64,000 nt of DNA from Crassostrea angulata (lineage: Eukaryota). Below the pieces are notes generated by a model. It was not told where the DNA came from. It ran no database searches and saw only the letters and a program-made list of their open reading frames with translations. Location: assembly GCF_025612915.1 (NCBI RefSeq), contig NC_069116.1:24579051-24643050 (forward strand), written 5' to 3'. Below, piece by piece: positions 26,313 through 35,704 of this stretch. The position numbers were made by a program, and so were the translations under genes. How positions within the stretch are numbered: the first letter of the stretch is position 1; each line of letters begins with the position of its first letter.

Positions 26313-28068
26313 CTAAAAAATTGAATGATTACAGTAATATGAGTGATGTTGTAAAATTCATCAACCACATCATTTAATATCATTGCTTAAAACAGCAATA
26401 AAGATATAGAACCATTTTAACAGGAGCTTGGACTTTGGGTAGTTGTGTCAAACAGCAATGTGACGTAGGCCTGTCTATTCCATTGCTGACCACTCAGCCA
26501 GGGCTCTTTGAAATCAACAGGATTTGTCTGACTTGTTTGAGCTAAGACTACACAATCGGTGCATATTTCGCTTGAAACCGCGTCATTTTTAACTTATTTT
26601 GACGCAAGAAATAGATAGCTACGTCCAACCGAAAGTCCAAGGTCTTGTTAAAATGGTTCTAACAGATGTTATAAACAAGATATCTGTGAGCCAATGCTCC
26701 CTAGTAATACCCCCGTTCTGATGTGAAAACTGTAGATGTGGAAAACATTACAGTGTTTTTAATTCACAATGTTCACGGTCAGACAATTTTCTGTGAACAT
26801 TAAGCCACCATGAATATTCACTACATGTTTTTGCCATCTCCATGTATGCAGCCATTACAGATGCTATTGATAGATGTGTGCCTGAGCAGGGCCTAAATTA
26901 CCACTTCCTTATTGTAATGATGGTATCTTTTTAAACGCAAGCATAAATATTATATATGATTAATACAACTAATGTTAATTAAACACTTATTATAACAGAA
27001 AATGTCACATTTATCTTTTTTACACCCCTCAGCTCGGTGACCTTATCAAAGCCATTGTTGTGAAGACGTGCGCAAGTTGTCACTTACTTATCTTGGAAAT
27101 CTCCAGTACAAAGATTCCCAAACACTCAGGTTGTTTGCTATCGGCTTTCATATTGTGCAGTTCACTTTTAAGATTAATTGATTATAAAGTCGTACAGGTT
27201 TTGAACAGATTACACCCTCATCCCTAATTTTCAGGTTCAAAATGTCGGATGTGCATTATACAATAGTGCGCATTATGACTATTATCTTCGACAAAATACT
27301 TAAATAATTTTATAAATAGTGTTTAACAGATTTAGGACAGTAACTTAACTGATACCAAAGAAAACTTATGTAAATGCATGGTAACATGTTCATTGGCATC
27401 ATATATTTTAAAAATCTTCATTTAAATTAAAACCGATTGTCTGTGAAATTAAAAACAACGTGAAAGGTACTAACACAGGAAATTGTGAAATTTTAGACGT
27501 GGAATTAAAGACGTTTACAGTATACAAAATGAGTCGACATTTAACAGGAAGCTGACATCCGATTGGTACAAAAATAGTTCCCACCATATGGCATGCCTAA
27601 ACAAAGAGTGTGTTAAAATTTCAAGCATCTGCAACGAATAGTTGCCAGGAAAAAACGACAGAAATTTTGGTTAAGGAAAGAAGGACAGACACACAAGGAT
27701 AAAACAGTATACCCTTTTTCTCCTCCAGAACAGGGGTATAAATATCATATAGTAAAACATGGTTATAGCAACTACACTTACAATGATTTGACTCTTACAG
27801 TGAGGTGATTTTCATTCCCCGTGAATTTATTACATGTTGTAAACCTGACAGATATAATCAGTCACACTTACAACGAAGCAAAATCACCTGTCCCTGGCAC
27901 TTTGTTATAAGCATGTTTTACTGTACTTAGTTAAAGAAAGCTATTCATTAATGTTCATGTTAAAATATTTTTAGAGTGGTTTCAAATACTGGGTGCTAAT
28001 GCTAATATATATAAGTAAGAATGAATGCATTGATTTGTTTCTGAAATTTGCAATGGATCAATAAATAC

Positions 28069-28181
28069 ACATACTGAGATGAAATTTCTGAGAAAATTGG
28101 AGCAAAAGTAACACTCTGAGGTGACCATGCAGCATAAAATGTGACAATCCAGGTTATTCTTTTGTCTCTTTCCAGTTCATC
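28069..28181 (-). CDS. TMX2: TMX2 exon 5 (113 nt), encoding DELERDKRITWIVTFYAAWSPQSVTFAPIFSEISSQY. This is the start of the thioredoxin-like domain.
   Basis: The acceptor is ttcattcag|GAT and the donor is CAGTATGT|gtattt. It aligns to human [39 protein letters not shown]. The catalytic-motif position reads SPQS here versus SNDC in human. Confidence 0.85.
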
Positions 28182-29470
28182 CTGAATGAAAGAGAAGAAA
28201 ATAATGCTACAGCAACAAGCTTTTCAAAGGACATTTTCATACAATGATCAATTGATCATCAATACACAGAGTAAGTTCTATAACTCATTTTTTTAAAATC
28301 ATATACAAGTACAATAACTGAATCATATTCAATTTGATTTAAAATTTTATATACCCAATTTAATGTTTCTTTCTATTTGTAGAATACTGACATTACATGC
28401 TATATTTATTTCATTAACTAATTTTGTACCAGGAGAAGCATACAAATCATATTTATAGACTAAATATCATGAATATAGTATATCATGTACATATATGTAA
28501 CAAAATCACGCGGGGGTGTTAAGGAAGCATATGGAATCTGAGTTACATGTAATTCCGTGAAATCACAAATCTTAGTTATTATGTACATATTCAAATATAT
28601 AAGCAACGAAACGTAGACCAAAAAACAAAGAAAAAATACTGAAGACAATTTTTGCCAGAAATTAGTTTGTATTACGTAGATTTACACATTGATGACGTCA
28701 TGACTAAAAGTTGAATGTCGTGTGAATTTGATCGGAAAGCATTGTAAACATATTCAAAATATAACTAATCTAAGAACTCTAATAAAGTATTGTGGTGTGA
28801 TTTATTGAGAATTGAACATAGGAATACTGGGGGAGATGTTAGTTTTATCAATCATTCGCTAAAAGGTATGTAAATTTGCTTTTATTTCTCGGCCAGGCTT
28901 TCCTCTGTCGTTGTTTACGATATAAAAATCCGACTAGAACAACACTACCCCGCGTATATTGAACTTGAAATTTTATACGTATCGTTAGTTTGATCAATGC
29001 TTAAATTGAAAAGTGCTGCTAGAATCCCATGCTGTGTGCTGTTTTAATGCAATTTGCCGTTTTCCGTGCAAACTTTATAAACGTTGGGAAGGTTTTATGA
29101 GAACCGGATGAATAACTTTTTAATAAGGAAAAACATAGGATTCTTGCAGCGGTTTTGATTAAACTGAGATGTTTTGCCTTCACTTGGTATGTTTATTTTA
29201 TTTTGGAAACCGCGGGGTAGTGTTGTTCTATCTCATTTTATGTTAAGGAATATACGTAAGCTATTTATAGTTGTCACGTGATAATGCACGAATGTGGCAG
29301 TGATGTACTACCCGATATTATTGCACTGACATCTATTTTAAAGGATAATACTAAGTTTTTGATCTTATTCAAAATAATTATTTAATTTCACGATTTTGAA
29401 TACAACAGTCAAAATAAGACGGCATATTGCCCATATGCTTCACACCCCCGCGCAAAAATGAAATTCATAC

Positions 29471-29547
29471 CTGTAAATTAGGTCCCCTGAAATATGTGAT
29501 ATATTCAGGTCCTTGATACACTGGTCTCGGAAGAACAATAGTGTGTA
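29471..29547 (-). CDS. TMX2: TMX2 exon 4 (77 nt), encoding LHTIVLPRPVYQGPEYITYFRGPNLQ.
   Basis: The acceptor is ttttgttttgtag|TA and the donor is TTTACAG|gtatga. It matches human [21 protein letters not shown]. Phase 1 in, phase 0 out. Confidence 0.8.
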
Positions 29548-29877
29548 CTACAAAACAAAAAAGTAAATAATAATGGCGATACAACATTTTCAAAAAATAA
29601 TTGCAAGGCTGAGTATAAATGTCTGATAGTCCAGCTCATTTTCAACTTCTATAGACTCTTATTCAATGGGAGTATTTTTCTCACCATTATGAAATAGTGT
29701 ATATGCAATGTAAATGTGACAACTTTTCAATTGACAAGTTAAAATTTTAGCTATGTTTAACCTTGATTTGTTGCTCAAAATGTGAAGGTACAGTGTACTT
29801 TTATTTTCCTTTCTTGGACACAGTTTAACATTTGTTGACATGCAATTATTAAAAATAATAGTTTTAAGTATACTTAC

Positions 29878-29991
29878 ACAAAACTGCAAGAAAATAAACT
29901 AATCCATAGATGGGGCTTGCTTTAAACAACATAACCCCATTCAAAAACTTAGCAAACATACAGGCAGTGTTGGCATAATCCAAGAACGCAG
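29878..29991 (-). CDS. TMX2: TMX2 exon 3 (114 nt), encoding SAFLDYANTACMFAKFLNGVMLFKASPIYGLVYFLAVL.
   Basis: The acceptor is cattttgcag|CT and the donor is GTTTTGT|gtaagt. It lies within the minus-strand ORF 29864..30070. It aligns to human TMX2 [43 protein letters not shown], the transmembrane region. The frame is continuous with exons 2 and 4. Confidence 0.8.
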
Positions 29992-30130
29992 CTGCAAAAT
30001 GAAAACTGTAGTAAAATATCAATTCTAAAAAAAAGATTTGTGATTTTAATAAATGATTAAAAATGAACATTAAGTTAATTTTAATGCCTGAAATTTATTC
30101 TTATATGATCAATAAATAATAAATACTTAC

Positions 30131-30191
30131 ACTGTCTGCGACCTTTTATCACTATAATGCACCCAAGAAATGTGATCCATTCCCATTCTTT
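30131..30191 (-). CDS. TMX2: TMX2 exon 2 (61 nt), encoding KEWEWITFLGCIIVIKGRRQ plus 1 nt.
   Basis: The acceptor is catttcag|AAAGAATGG and the donor is GACAGT|gtaagt. The exon starts in phase 0 and ends in phase 1. It matches the human TMX2 segment [21 protein letters not shown]. Confidence 0.75.
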
Positions 30192-30619
30192 CTGAAATGC
30201 CATTTCAAAAGGACTATTAATGCACTTAATTTTATATAGTCTTTTAATCATGTAGCTTATAACATAAATTCAAAAAAGGCATGTTTAATTCTTTATTAAA
30301 CCTCTGTAATCATTGATATCAATTATTGTTGTAGTTTAGAAACTTTTTTCAGATTTGAGCTTTTTAGAGGTCAATCCAATATGTTTATTCATAAATTTTA
30401 TACATGTATCAAATACTTTGGATAAGACAAATGTTATAATTCAGTAATTGCAAATCATTTTTGCCACCATTGACTCTGATTAGGGTACACAATAAACGTC
30501 TATTGTTGTACAATGTTATTAAATTTCAATTCTTGTTGACATATTGGATAAAACAGACGCCAAGTAGAGCGTCTTAATCAAGCCTCGAGGCATCAGCTGT
30601 TAGAAAGTTATTTTCTTAC

Positions 30620-30760
30620 CAATTCGAGAAAGCAATCATCAAAGAGGTATTCACAAATCGGACGATTGACCTTCAGAATATAGTATGTTAAAGAAAGAAG
30701 TACATTGGTCACCAAATGTAAGCTTAAAACATCTTTGATTTCGGCAATTAACTTAGACAT
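30620..30760 (-). CDS. TMX2: TMX2 (thioredoxin-related transmembrane protein 2) exon 1, carrying the start codon. It encodes MSKLIAEIKDVLSLHLVTNVLLSLTYYILKVNRPICEYLFDDCFLEL.
   Basis: The ATG is at 30760-30758 on the minus strand. The 141-nt ORF ends at donor GAATTG|gtaag. It aligns to the human TMX2 N-terminus (…PYYLLSALL…PPLCHGL…PCDFDWRE). The next exon continues KEWEWITFLGCIIVIKGRRQ, which matches [22 protein letters not shown]. Confidence 0.65.
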
Positions 30761-31081
30761 TTCGTTGACTCGTCTGTCCTCAAGTTTAATTTATCCGGAA
30801 GTTGATAGTAAGTTGTTCTAGTTCGTATTCGTTTATTGGCGAGGTATCACTTGACTATTATAGATACCAATAGAAGTAATACAAAAATATGTTTTGATAT
30901 AGCCTAAAACCCAACTAAAAATAAGAGCGCCAAGTTTCGGGAGCAAGAGTCTTCGCAAATCAAGACTACATTATATCCGAATCAAAAATCTTCCGACTAC
31001 TTTTGAAATGAAAATGAAAGTAGCAAGGGGTATGGAACATGTTTTGATGTAACATTATGGATTCTCTGTATTTGTGAGCTA
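30761..31081. promoter_or_regulatory. Putative bidirectional promoter between head-to-head TMX2 (-) and DPH4 (+).
   Basis: The two start codons lie 321 bp apart on opposite strands. No other ORF or exon is detectable between them. This is inferred from gene arrangement only. Confidence 0.4.
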
Positions 31082-31522
31082 ATGGAAAACTTATACAGTA
31101 TTTTGGGCTGCGAGGAATCGGCAACATGTGAAGAAATAAAAAAATGTTATCAGAAGCTTGCATTAAAGACTCACCCAGACAAAGTTGCTTCTCAAAGTAG
31201 GGAAAAGTTGTCGGATGCTAATGACGAATTTGCTAAGATTAGTTTTGCTTGGAAAATTTTAGGCGATGAAGACTTAAGAAACCAGTACGACATAAAGTGG
31301 AAACAAAGATGCATATCACAAGACTGGCCAATTCAAGATGACATTGAAATCGAAGAGTTCGAGATATGTGATACACCCGACTGTGATGATCATGTTTACA
31401 CTTACCCATGTAGATGTGGCGGATTGTATGCACTCTCGGAGACTGATGTTCAAATTAAATTCGACATCGTGTGTTGTGACACATGTTCTCTAAGTGTTCG
31501 GATTTTGTATAATACCAATTAA
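31082..31522 (+). CDS. DNAJC24: DPH4 / DNAJC24-type protein: an N-terminal J domain fused to a CSL-type (DPH-type) zinc finger. It is 146 aa and has no intron.
   Basis: The ORF is intact at 31082..31522. It contains YSILGCEE…KKCYQKLALKTHPDK (HPD motif of the J domain) and AWKILGDEDLRNQYD. It also contains CRCGGLY…CDTCSL (CSL zinc finger). This is collinear with human DNAJC24 (WYSILG…MYHPDK…AWKILGNEETKREYD…CRCGGKY…CDTCSL…LLHYN). A Kozak-like gctaATGG precedes it and an AATAAA follows at 31544-31549. Confidence 0.9.
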   Translation: MENLYSILGCEESATCEEIKKCYQKLALKTHPDKVASQSREKLSDANDEFAKISFAWKILGDEDLRNQYDIKWKQRCISQDWPIQDDIEIEEFEICDTPDCDDHVYTYPCRCGGLYALSETDVQIKFDIVCCDTCSLSVRILYNTN

Positions 31523-31543
31523 TGTAAATGTGAATAGAATATA

Positions 31544-31549
31544 AATAAA
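31544..31549 (+). terminator. AATAAA polyadenylation signal for DPH4.
   Basis: The hexamer sits 22 nt after the DPH4 stop codon. Confidence 0.5.
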
Positions 31550-31597
31550 AAGATTAACCAAAGAAAGTATTGATGATTATATTTCCTTGTACATTTG

Positions 31598-31617
31598 CCC
31601 CCCCCCCCCTCCCCAGC

Positions 31618-31686
<69 letters not shown>
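31598..31686. repeat. Poly-C tract followed by a (CT)31 microsatellite, immediately 3' of DPH4.
   Basis: Direct reading. ORFs 31554..31763(-) and 31570..31899(+), the RERERE/LSLSLS reads, are artefacts. Confidence 0.95.
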
Positions 31687-31688
<2 letters not shown>

Positions 31689-31904
31689 AATCATATTGTA
31701 TTTACAGAATACATTTATGATATCAGTAAATGAGGAAATTCTGCTAAATTTGATTGTATACAAGAGAAAAATCTTTGGGATCGTTTGTTTTTACAATTAT
31801 CAGGACAGGCACGTATGCACGTACAATAAAGCATCGGGGCGGGAAAGGAGTGGCAGCCCACATCCCCACTTTTTGTCGAATCAAATATTGTTGAATTAAT
31901 GATA

Positions 31905-32640
31905 ATAATTAATAATTTAATTCTGATTGTAACGCCTCATTTGATTGGCTAAACAAATTCATATATATCGTATAACATAACTTGCCTACGTCACAATAAG
32001 ACGTGCGAGCGAAACGTATTAATTCGCTTGACGTTACGTTTACATTTTGTACAAATTAACATATTTTAACTAACTAAGGGGCCTTATTATCTAATTTAAA
32101 TAGTAGAAAAATAAATGATAAGGAATAAATTTAATTTCTACCTACGTTATATGAGTATAACATAACTTGGAACAGTTTACGCTTTTTTATAAACCGCTTC
32201 GCGGTTTATAAAGTGTAAACTGCCCCAAGTTATGTTATATCGTATAACATAGGTAGAAATTTAATTCATTCCTTAAATAATTTAATTCTGGTTGTAACGC
32301 GCATTCTGATTGGCTAAAAATTATTTTATATCGTATAAAGAATGTTGCCTACGTCATAGTAAGACTTACGTCAAAAACGTATTAATACGCCTGACCTTAC
32401 GTTTGAATTTTGTACAATTTAACGTCATTTTAAAGGTCAAATGACCGTTTTTATTAAGGGATGAATTCAATATTTATTTGTTTTATACGATATAAAATGG
32501 TTTGGGACAGTTTACGCTTTATAAACTCTCTTTACGCTTTTTTATAAACCACTTTGCAGTTTATAAAGCGTAAACTGTCCCAAACCATTTTATATCGTAT
32601 AAAACAGATAAATATTGAATTCATTCCTTAAATTATAGTA
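31905..32640. repeat. Tandemly duplicated module of about 370 bp. Each copy is a ~155 bp direct-repeat unit (31905-32060 and 32275-32430) followed by a ~150-180 bp near-perfect palindrome (32122-32272 and 32458-32640).
   Basis: The A units share aataatttaattctgRttgtaacgc…tgattggctaaa…tatatcgtataa…gcctacgtca…acgtattaat.cgc.tgac.ttacgtttRaattttgtacaa. Each palindrome's arms are reverse complements around a central tttacgcttttttataaacc core. Confidence 0.75.
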
Positions 32641-33243
32641 ATAAATAATCTTAAATATACATATAAAAGAATCAATTAGTAAGAAGTTGTGTCCCCTCTT
32701 TTTTGAGTCAATGTAAAAAATTGAAGTAAAAATAAGAAAACGAACAAAGACATTGAATTCATAGGCGCATTACCCCACCCGCACGGAACGGAATAGGGTT
32801 TTTATAAATTAAGATGGTTGCCCTTTTTTTGGCAAAGATTACACCCCCTCTCCAACCTTTAAATACGATGCTACGTGCCTGTAGAAGATGAGATAAATGA
32901 TTATCATAAAAGCTATTCAGTTTTAGTTGCAAAACCTGTTTGTATAAAACACTTTTTTGTGCTAAGGGTAATGGCGTTCTATGCTAAAAGTTTTGCGATG
33001 TGACTGTTGGCACTGATGATACTCTTTATACAATTTTTGATTTATTTCAATTTTAATTATACATGACATTTTAAGTTGATGATAACAATTAGCAGATCGG
33101 AATGCTGTAAACGATTATGACGTCACAATGGCTTGCGTCACGTCCATTGTTGGATATAGATCATTGCCAACATAGCGGCTTTGACAACCGTTCTCAGTAT
33201 TCAGAGAAGTTCAAGGCGAAGAAACCCAAAAGACTTATAGAAG

Positions 33244-33267
33244 ATGGCATCAACTTCGAATAAGAGG
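33244..33267 (+). CDS. Unknown K/R-rich protein gene, exon 1 (MASTSNKR).
   Basis: A Kozak agaagATGG precedes it and the donor is AGG|gtaata. A perfect CRE palindrome TGACGTCA lies at 33127-33134 and a CCAAT-like box lies about 100 bp upstream. The frame joins exon 2 in phase 0. Confidence 0.45.
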
Positions 33268-33786
33268 GTAATAATTCAAGTATAATACTTATTTTTTATT
33301 TTACTGATTGAAACAGTACTACATACATGCATTATGATTTATCAAACACATTTTTAAATTTTAGTCCATATACTATGCATTATTGTTAGTATGACATATA
33401 CCCTCTTTGCTCTTGCATAACGTCCGCCAGACTTTCCACATGTCATATAAAAAAAAATAATGGGATATAGAAGTATTTTTAACTAAAGAGATCATTTTGA
33501 TTTGTAAGGTACATTGATTTTGTACATTTATTTGCTCTCTGTCTTTATATATCCGTGGAATTGCTATAGATCGCCTATGAACAACATCCTTCATTTAGAT
33601 TTAAATAAGCGATTAAAAACAGAAGGATATACATTTAAAGAATTATACATTTGTCTTTTTAATTTGGTAGTCATTTTTGTCGAGTTTCAGGTTGATAGCT
33701 TTCTTACAATTCAGTAGGTCTTCACATAAAGCGACTTTTTTCTTATTACTGCATAAGTCTTATCTAAATATTGTATCAACTTTCAG

Positions 33787-33885
33787 AGCATTGACGATTT
33801 AGAGTTAGAGGAGTGCTGCAGGGCCGTGAAGAGAATGGCGATTCGCTGGCCTCCTGCAACACTTGAGTCAGTGGATGGAGACAAG
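33787..33885 (+). CDS. Unknown gene exon 2 (SIDDLELEECCRAVKRMAIRWPPATLESVDGDK).
   Basis: Acceptor tttcag|AGC, donor AAG|gtaaca. It is 99 nt, phase 0-0. Confidence 0.55.
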
Positions 33886-34076
33886 GTAACATTTTTTTTT
33901 AAAATCGCAACGCTTTGTAAATGTTGGTTTGAGTTTTATATGATCTATAGAACAGCCCTGTCTTTTTTCACGAATATTTTAGAAACATGTTACATGTATA
34001 AATACGTAACTTCCGCTAATTTTCCGCTAATCAGTTAATAGATGAATAATTCTTCTATATATTGTTTTTAATATAG

Positions 34077-34124
34077 ATCACGACAACTGCTGCTAAAAGC
34101 AAGAAAAAACCTTGGCGACTTCAG
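34077..34124 (+). CDS. Unknown gene exon 3 (ITTTAAKSKKKPWRLQ).
   Basis: Acceptor atatag|ATC, donor CAG|gtacat. It is 48 nt, phase 0-0. Confidence 0.5.
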
Positions 34125-34398
34125 GTACATATTTTCAGGTGCCAAATTATGTTGCATTATTATATCTTTGTTGTAAATGGCCTATTTTTGGAATATTGTC
34201 TTGTCCGAAATGCATATAAATTCATATACTCGGTAGTCTTGAATCGTTGGAATATTTCAAAAATTTAAATAACCTATTCAAATCTCGGGTTATCTGGTTT
34301 GGATTTGTATTTGCTAATGCATGTATTTGCTTACAGGCGTAAAATCTTTTACTGTCAATTGGCATGGAATCCCGAATTAATAGTTAGGTTCTTTGTAG

Positions 34399-34461
34399 AT
34401 GCAGCCAAAAGATAGAGTCCCACAGAAGAAGACAACTCAGCAGAGTTGCTCCCCTTTAAAG
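34399..34461 (+). CDS. Unknown gene exon 4 (MQPKDRVPQKKTTQQSCSPLK).
   Basis: Acceptor ctttgtag|ATG, donor AAG|gttggt. It is 63 nt, phase 0-0. Confidence 0.5.
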
Positions 34462-34554
34462 GTTGGTTTTGTTTTTTTTTAATTTAATTTTACAAAGCTG
34501 TAAGAACTTCATTTGGTTGAATTAAAATCTAATTTTATTAAAATCATTTTCCAG

Positions 34555-34602
34555 GCTTTGGAAGAGCAGATTTCGGTTATGCTGAAAGCAATAAGAAACT
34601 CC
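34555..34602 (+). CDS. Unknown gene exon 5 (ALEEQISVMLKAIRNS).
   Basis: Acceptor ttttccag|GCT, donor TCC|gtaagt. It is 48 nt, phase 0-0. Confidence 0.5.
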
Positions 34603-34874
34603 GTAAGTAATGGAATATGTTATTCTAGTATTCTTTGTGATAAAATAAAATAAATCGGAAAGGGCACTTGTGAATTTAATTTTACTTTTCAATTCCGTAT
34701 GGTTATACAAATGTTTGGTGGGGTGGAACTTCATTTAACTTCAACCTTTAATATGTAAATCTAAGAAAAATGTCTGCTATGAATTTTTTTTTTTTTTTGG
34801 GGGGGGGGTTGCCCTCTCCTCTGCTCCTTTTTCCCGATGCAACGTTCCTGAAAGTTCCAATAATTTGTTGATAG

Positions 34875-35036
34875 TGTCCTAACATCGAAGAAACCAAGAC
34901 AAAGGCGGTAGAAGTAGACCTTACACCTAACCCCACAAAGAGAGGAAAACCCCGCATGAAAGGAGCAAGGAAAAAGCCATATCAAAAATCTGGCGGAGAG
35001 GACAACAAACGCAAAAATCCCGAAAAAGACGTACAT
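34875..35036 (+). CDS. Unknown gene exon 6 (CPNIEETKTKAVEVDLTPNPTKRGKPRMKGARKKPYQKSGGEDNKRKNPEKDVH). An alternative in-phase donor lies 6 nt upstream at 35030.
   Basis: Acceptor ttgatag|TGT, donor CAT|gtaagt, the consensus. GAC|gtacat is also in phase. It is 162 nt, phase 0-0, and strongly basic. Confidence 0.5.
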
Positions 35037-35168
35037 GTAAGTGGGCCTGGTTTCCAATGTTATTACCAGTAAACTGAATACTATGATTTACATCGCCATT
35101 GCTTGAAGTTAAAATTCCATGTCGTTTTCAATCTTTCAGTTAAACTTTATGCATAACTATTTTGACAG

Positions 35169-35261
35169 ATCCCCGTAGCCCCTTTACCTGTTTTGGTGGC
35201 ACCTCCCAGCTACAACTTGTTACGGAGTGAGAGTACATGTACCACCACCAAAACCAAAAAG
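35169..35261 (+). CDS. Unknown gene exon 7 (IPVAPLPVLVAPPSYNLLRSESTCTTTKTKK).
   Basis: Acceptor ttttgacag|ATC, donor AAG|gtatgc. It is 93 nt, phase 0-0. Confidence 0.5.
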
Positions 35262-35373
35262 GTATGCCGTCATTCACTGCGTCTAATAGTTCATTAGAGT
35301 TTATTCTTGTTGAATGTAGCTTTTGATTCATATACATGTGTATTGTGTTATTGCCTTTTATTTCTTTCGCCAG

Positions 35374-35454
35374 ATAAAGTGTACAAAGACTATTTCCTCT
35401 GTGACAGCAGACGTGGCGTGTTCAAGCAGCAAGAACACCGATAAAGCTGGAAAT
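35374..35454 (+). CDS. Unknown gene exon 8 (IKCTKTISSVTADVACSSSKNTDKAGN).
   Basis: Acceptor tttcgccag|ATA, donor AAT|gtacgc. It is 81 nt, phase 0-0. Confidence 0.45.
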
Positions 35455-35581
35455 GTACGCAACTACTTCTAGATCTCTTTTATTGTGTACAAAAGATCAT
35501 ATTGATGAAATCACTTTCAAATACCACATGTAATAATCACACCTAATGTTTTTTTTTTCCATCTATTTTTCTCATTTTCAG

Positions 35582-35704
35582 GCCACTCACAAACGTAAAC
35601 ATCACAGACAATCCGCAAAAAGCTCTATCAAGAAGAGAAGAATGATCCCAGAAGACTCATCTGTGGAAGAGCTCATCAGCAAGTTTGCCGAATTGGCACT
35701 GTGA
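35582..35704 (+). CDS. Unknown gene terminal exon (ATHKRKHHRQSAKSSIKKRRMIPEDSSVEELISKFAELAL*).
   Basis: Acceptor cattttcag|GCC. The stop TGA is at 35702-35704. It contains a bipartite-NLS-like KRKHHRQSAKSSIKKRR and a C-terminal amphipathic motif EELISKFAELAL. Confidence 0.55.
   Translation, partial: ATHKRKHHRQSAKSSIKKRRMIPEDSSVEELISKFAELAL

Noticed and set aside
30761-31081. A CpG island at the TMX2/DPH4 intergenic region.
   Set aside because: The interval is not visibly CpG- or GC-enriched. The bidirectional promoter call rests on gene arrangement only, hence the low confidence.
31554-31899. ORFs 31554..31763(-) and 31570..31899(+), with (RE)n and (LS)n runs.
   Set aside because: They are translations of the (CT)31 microsatellite.
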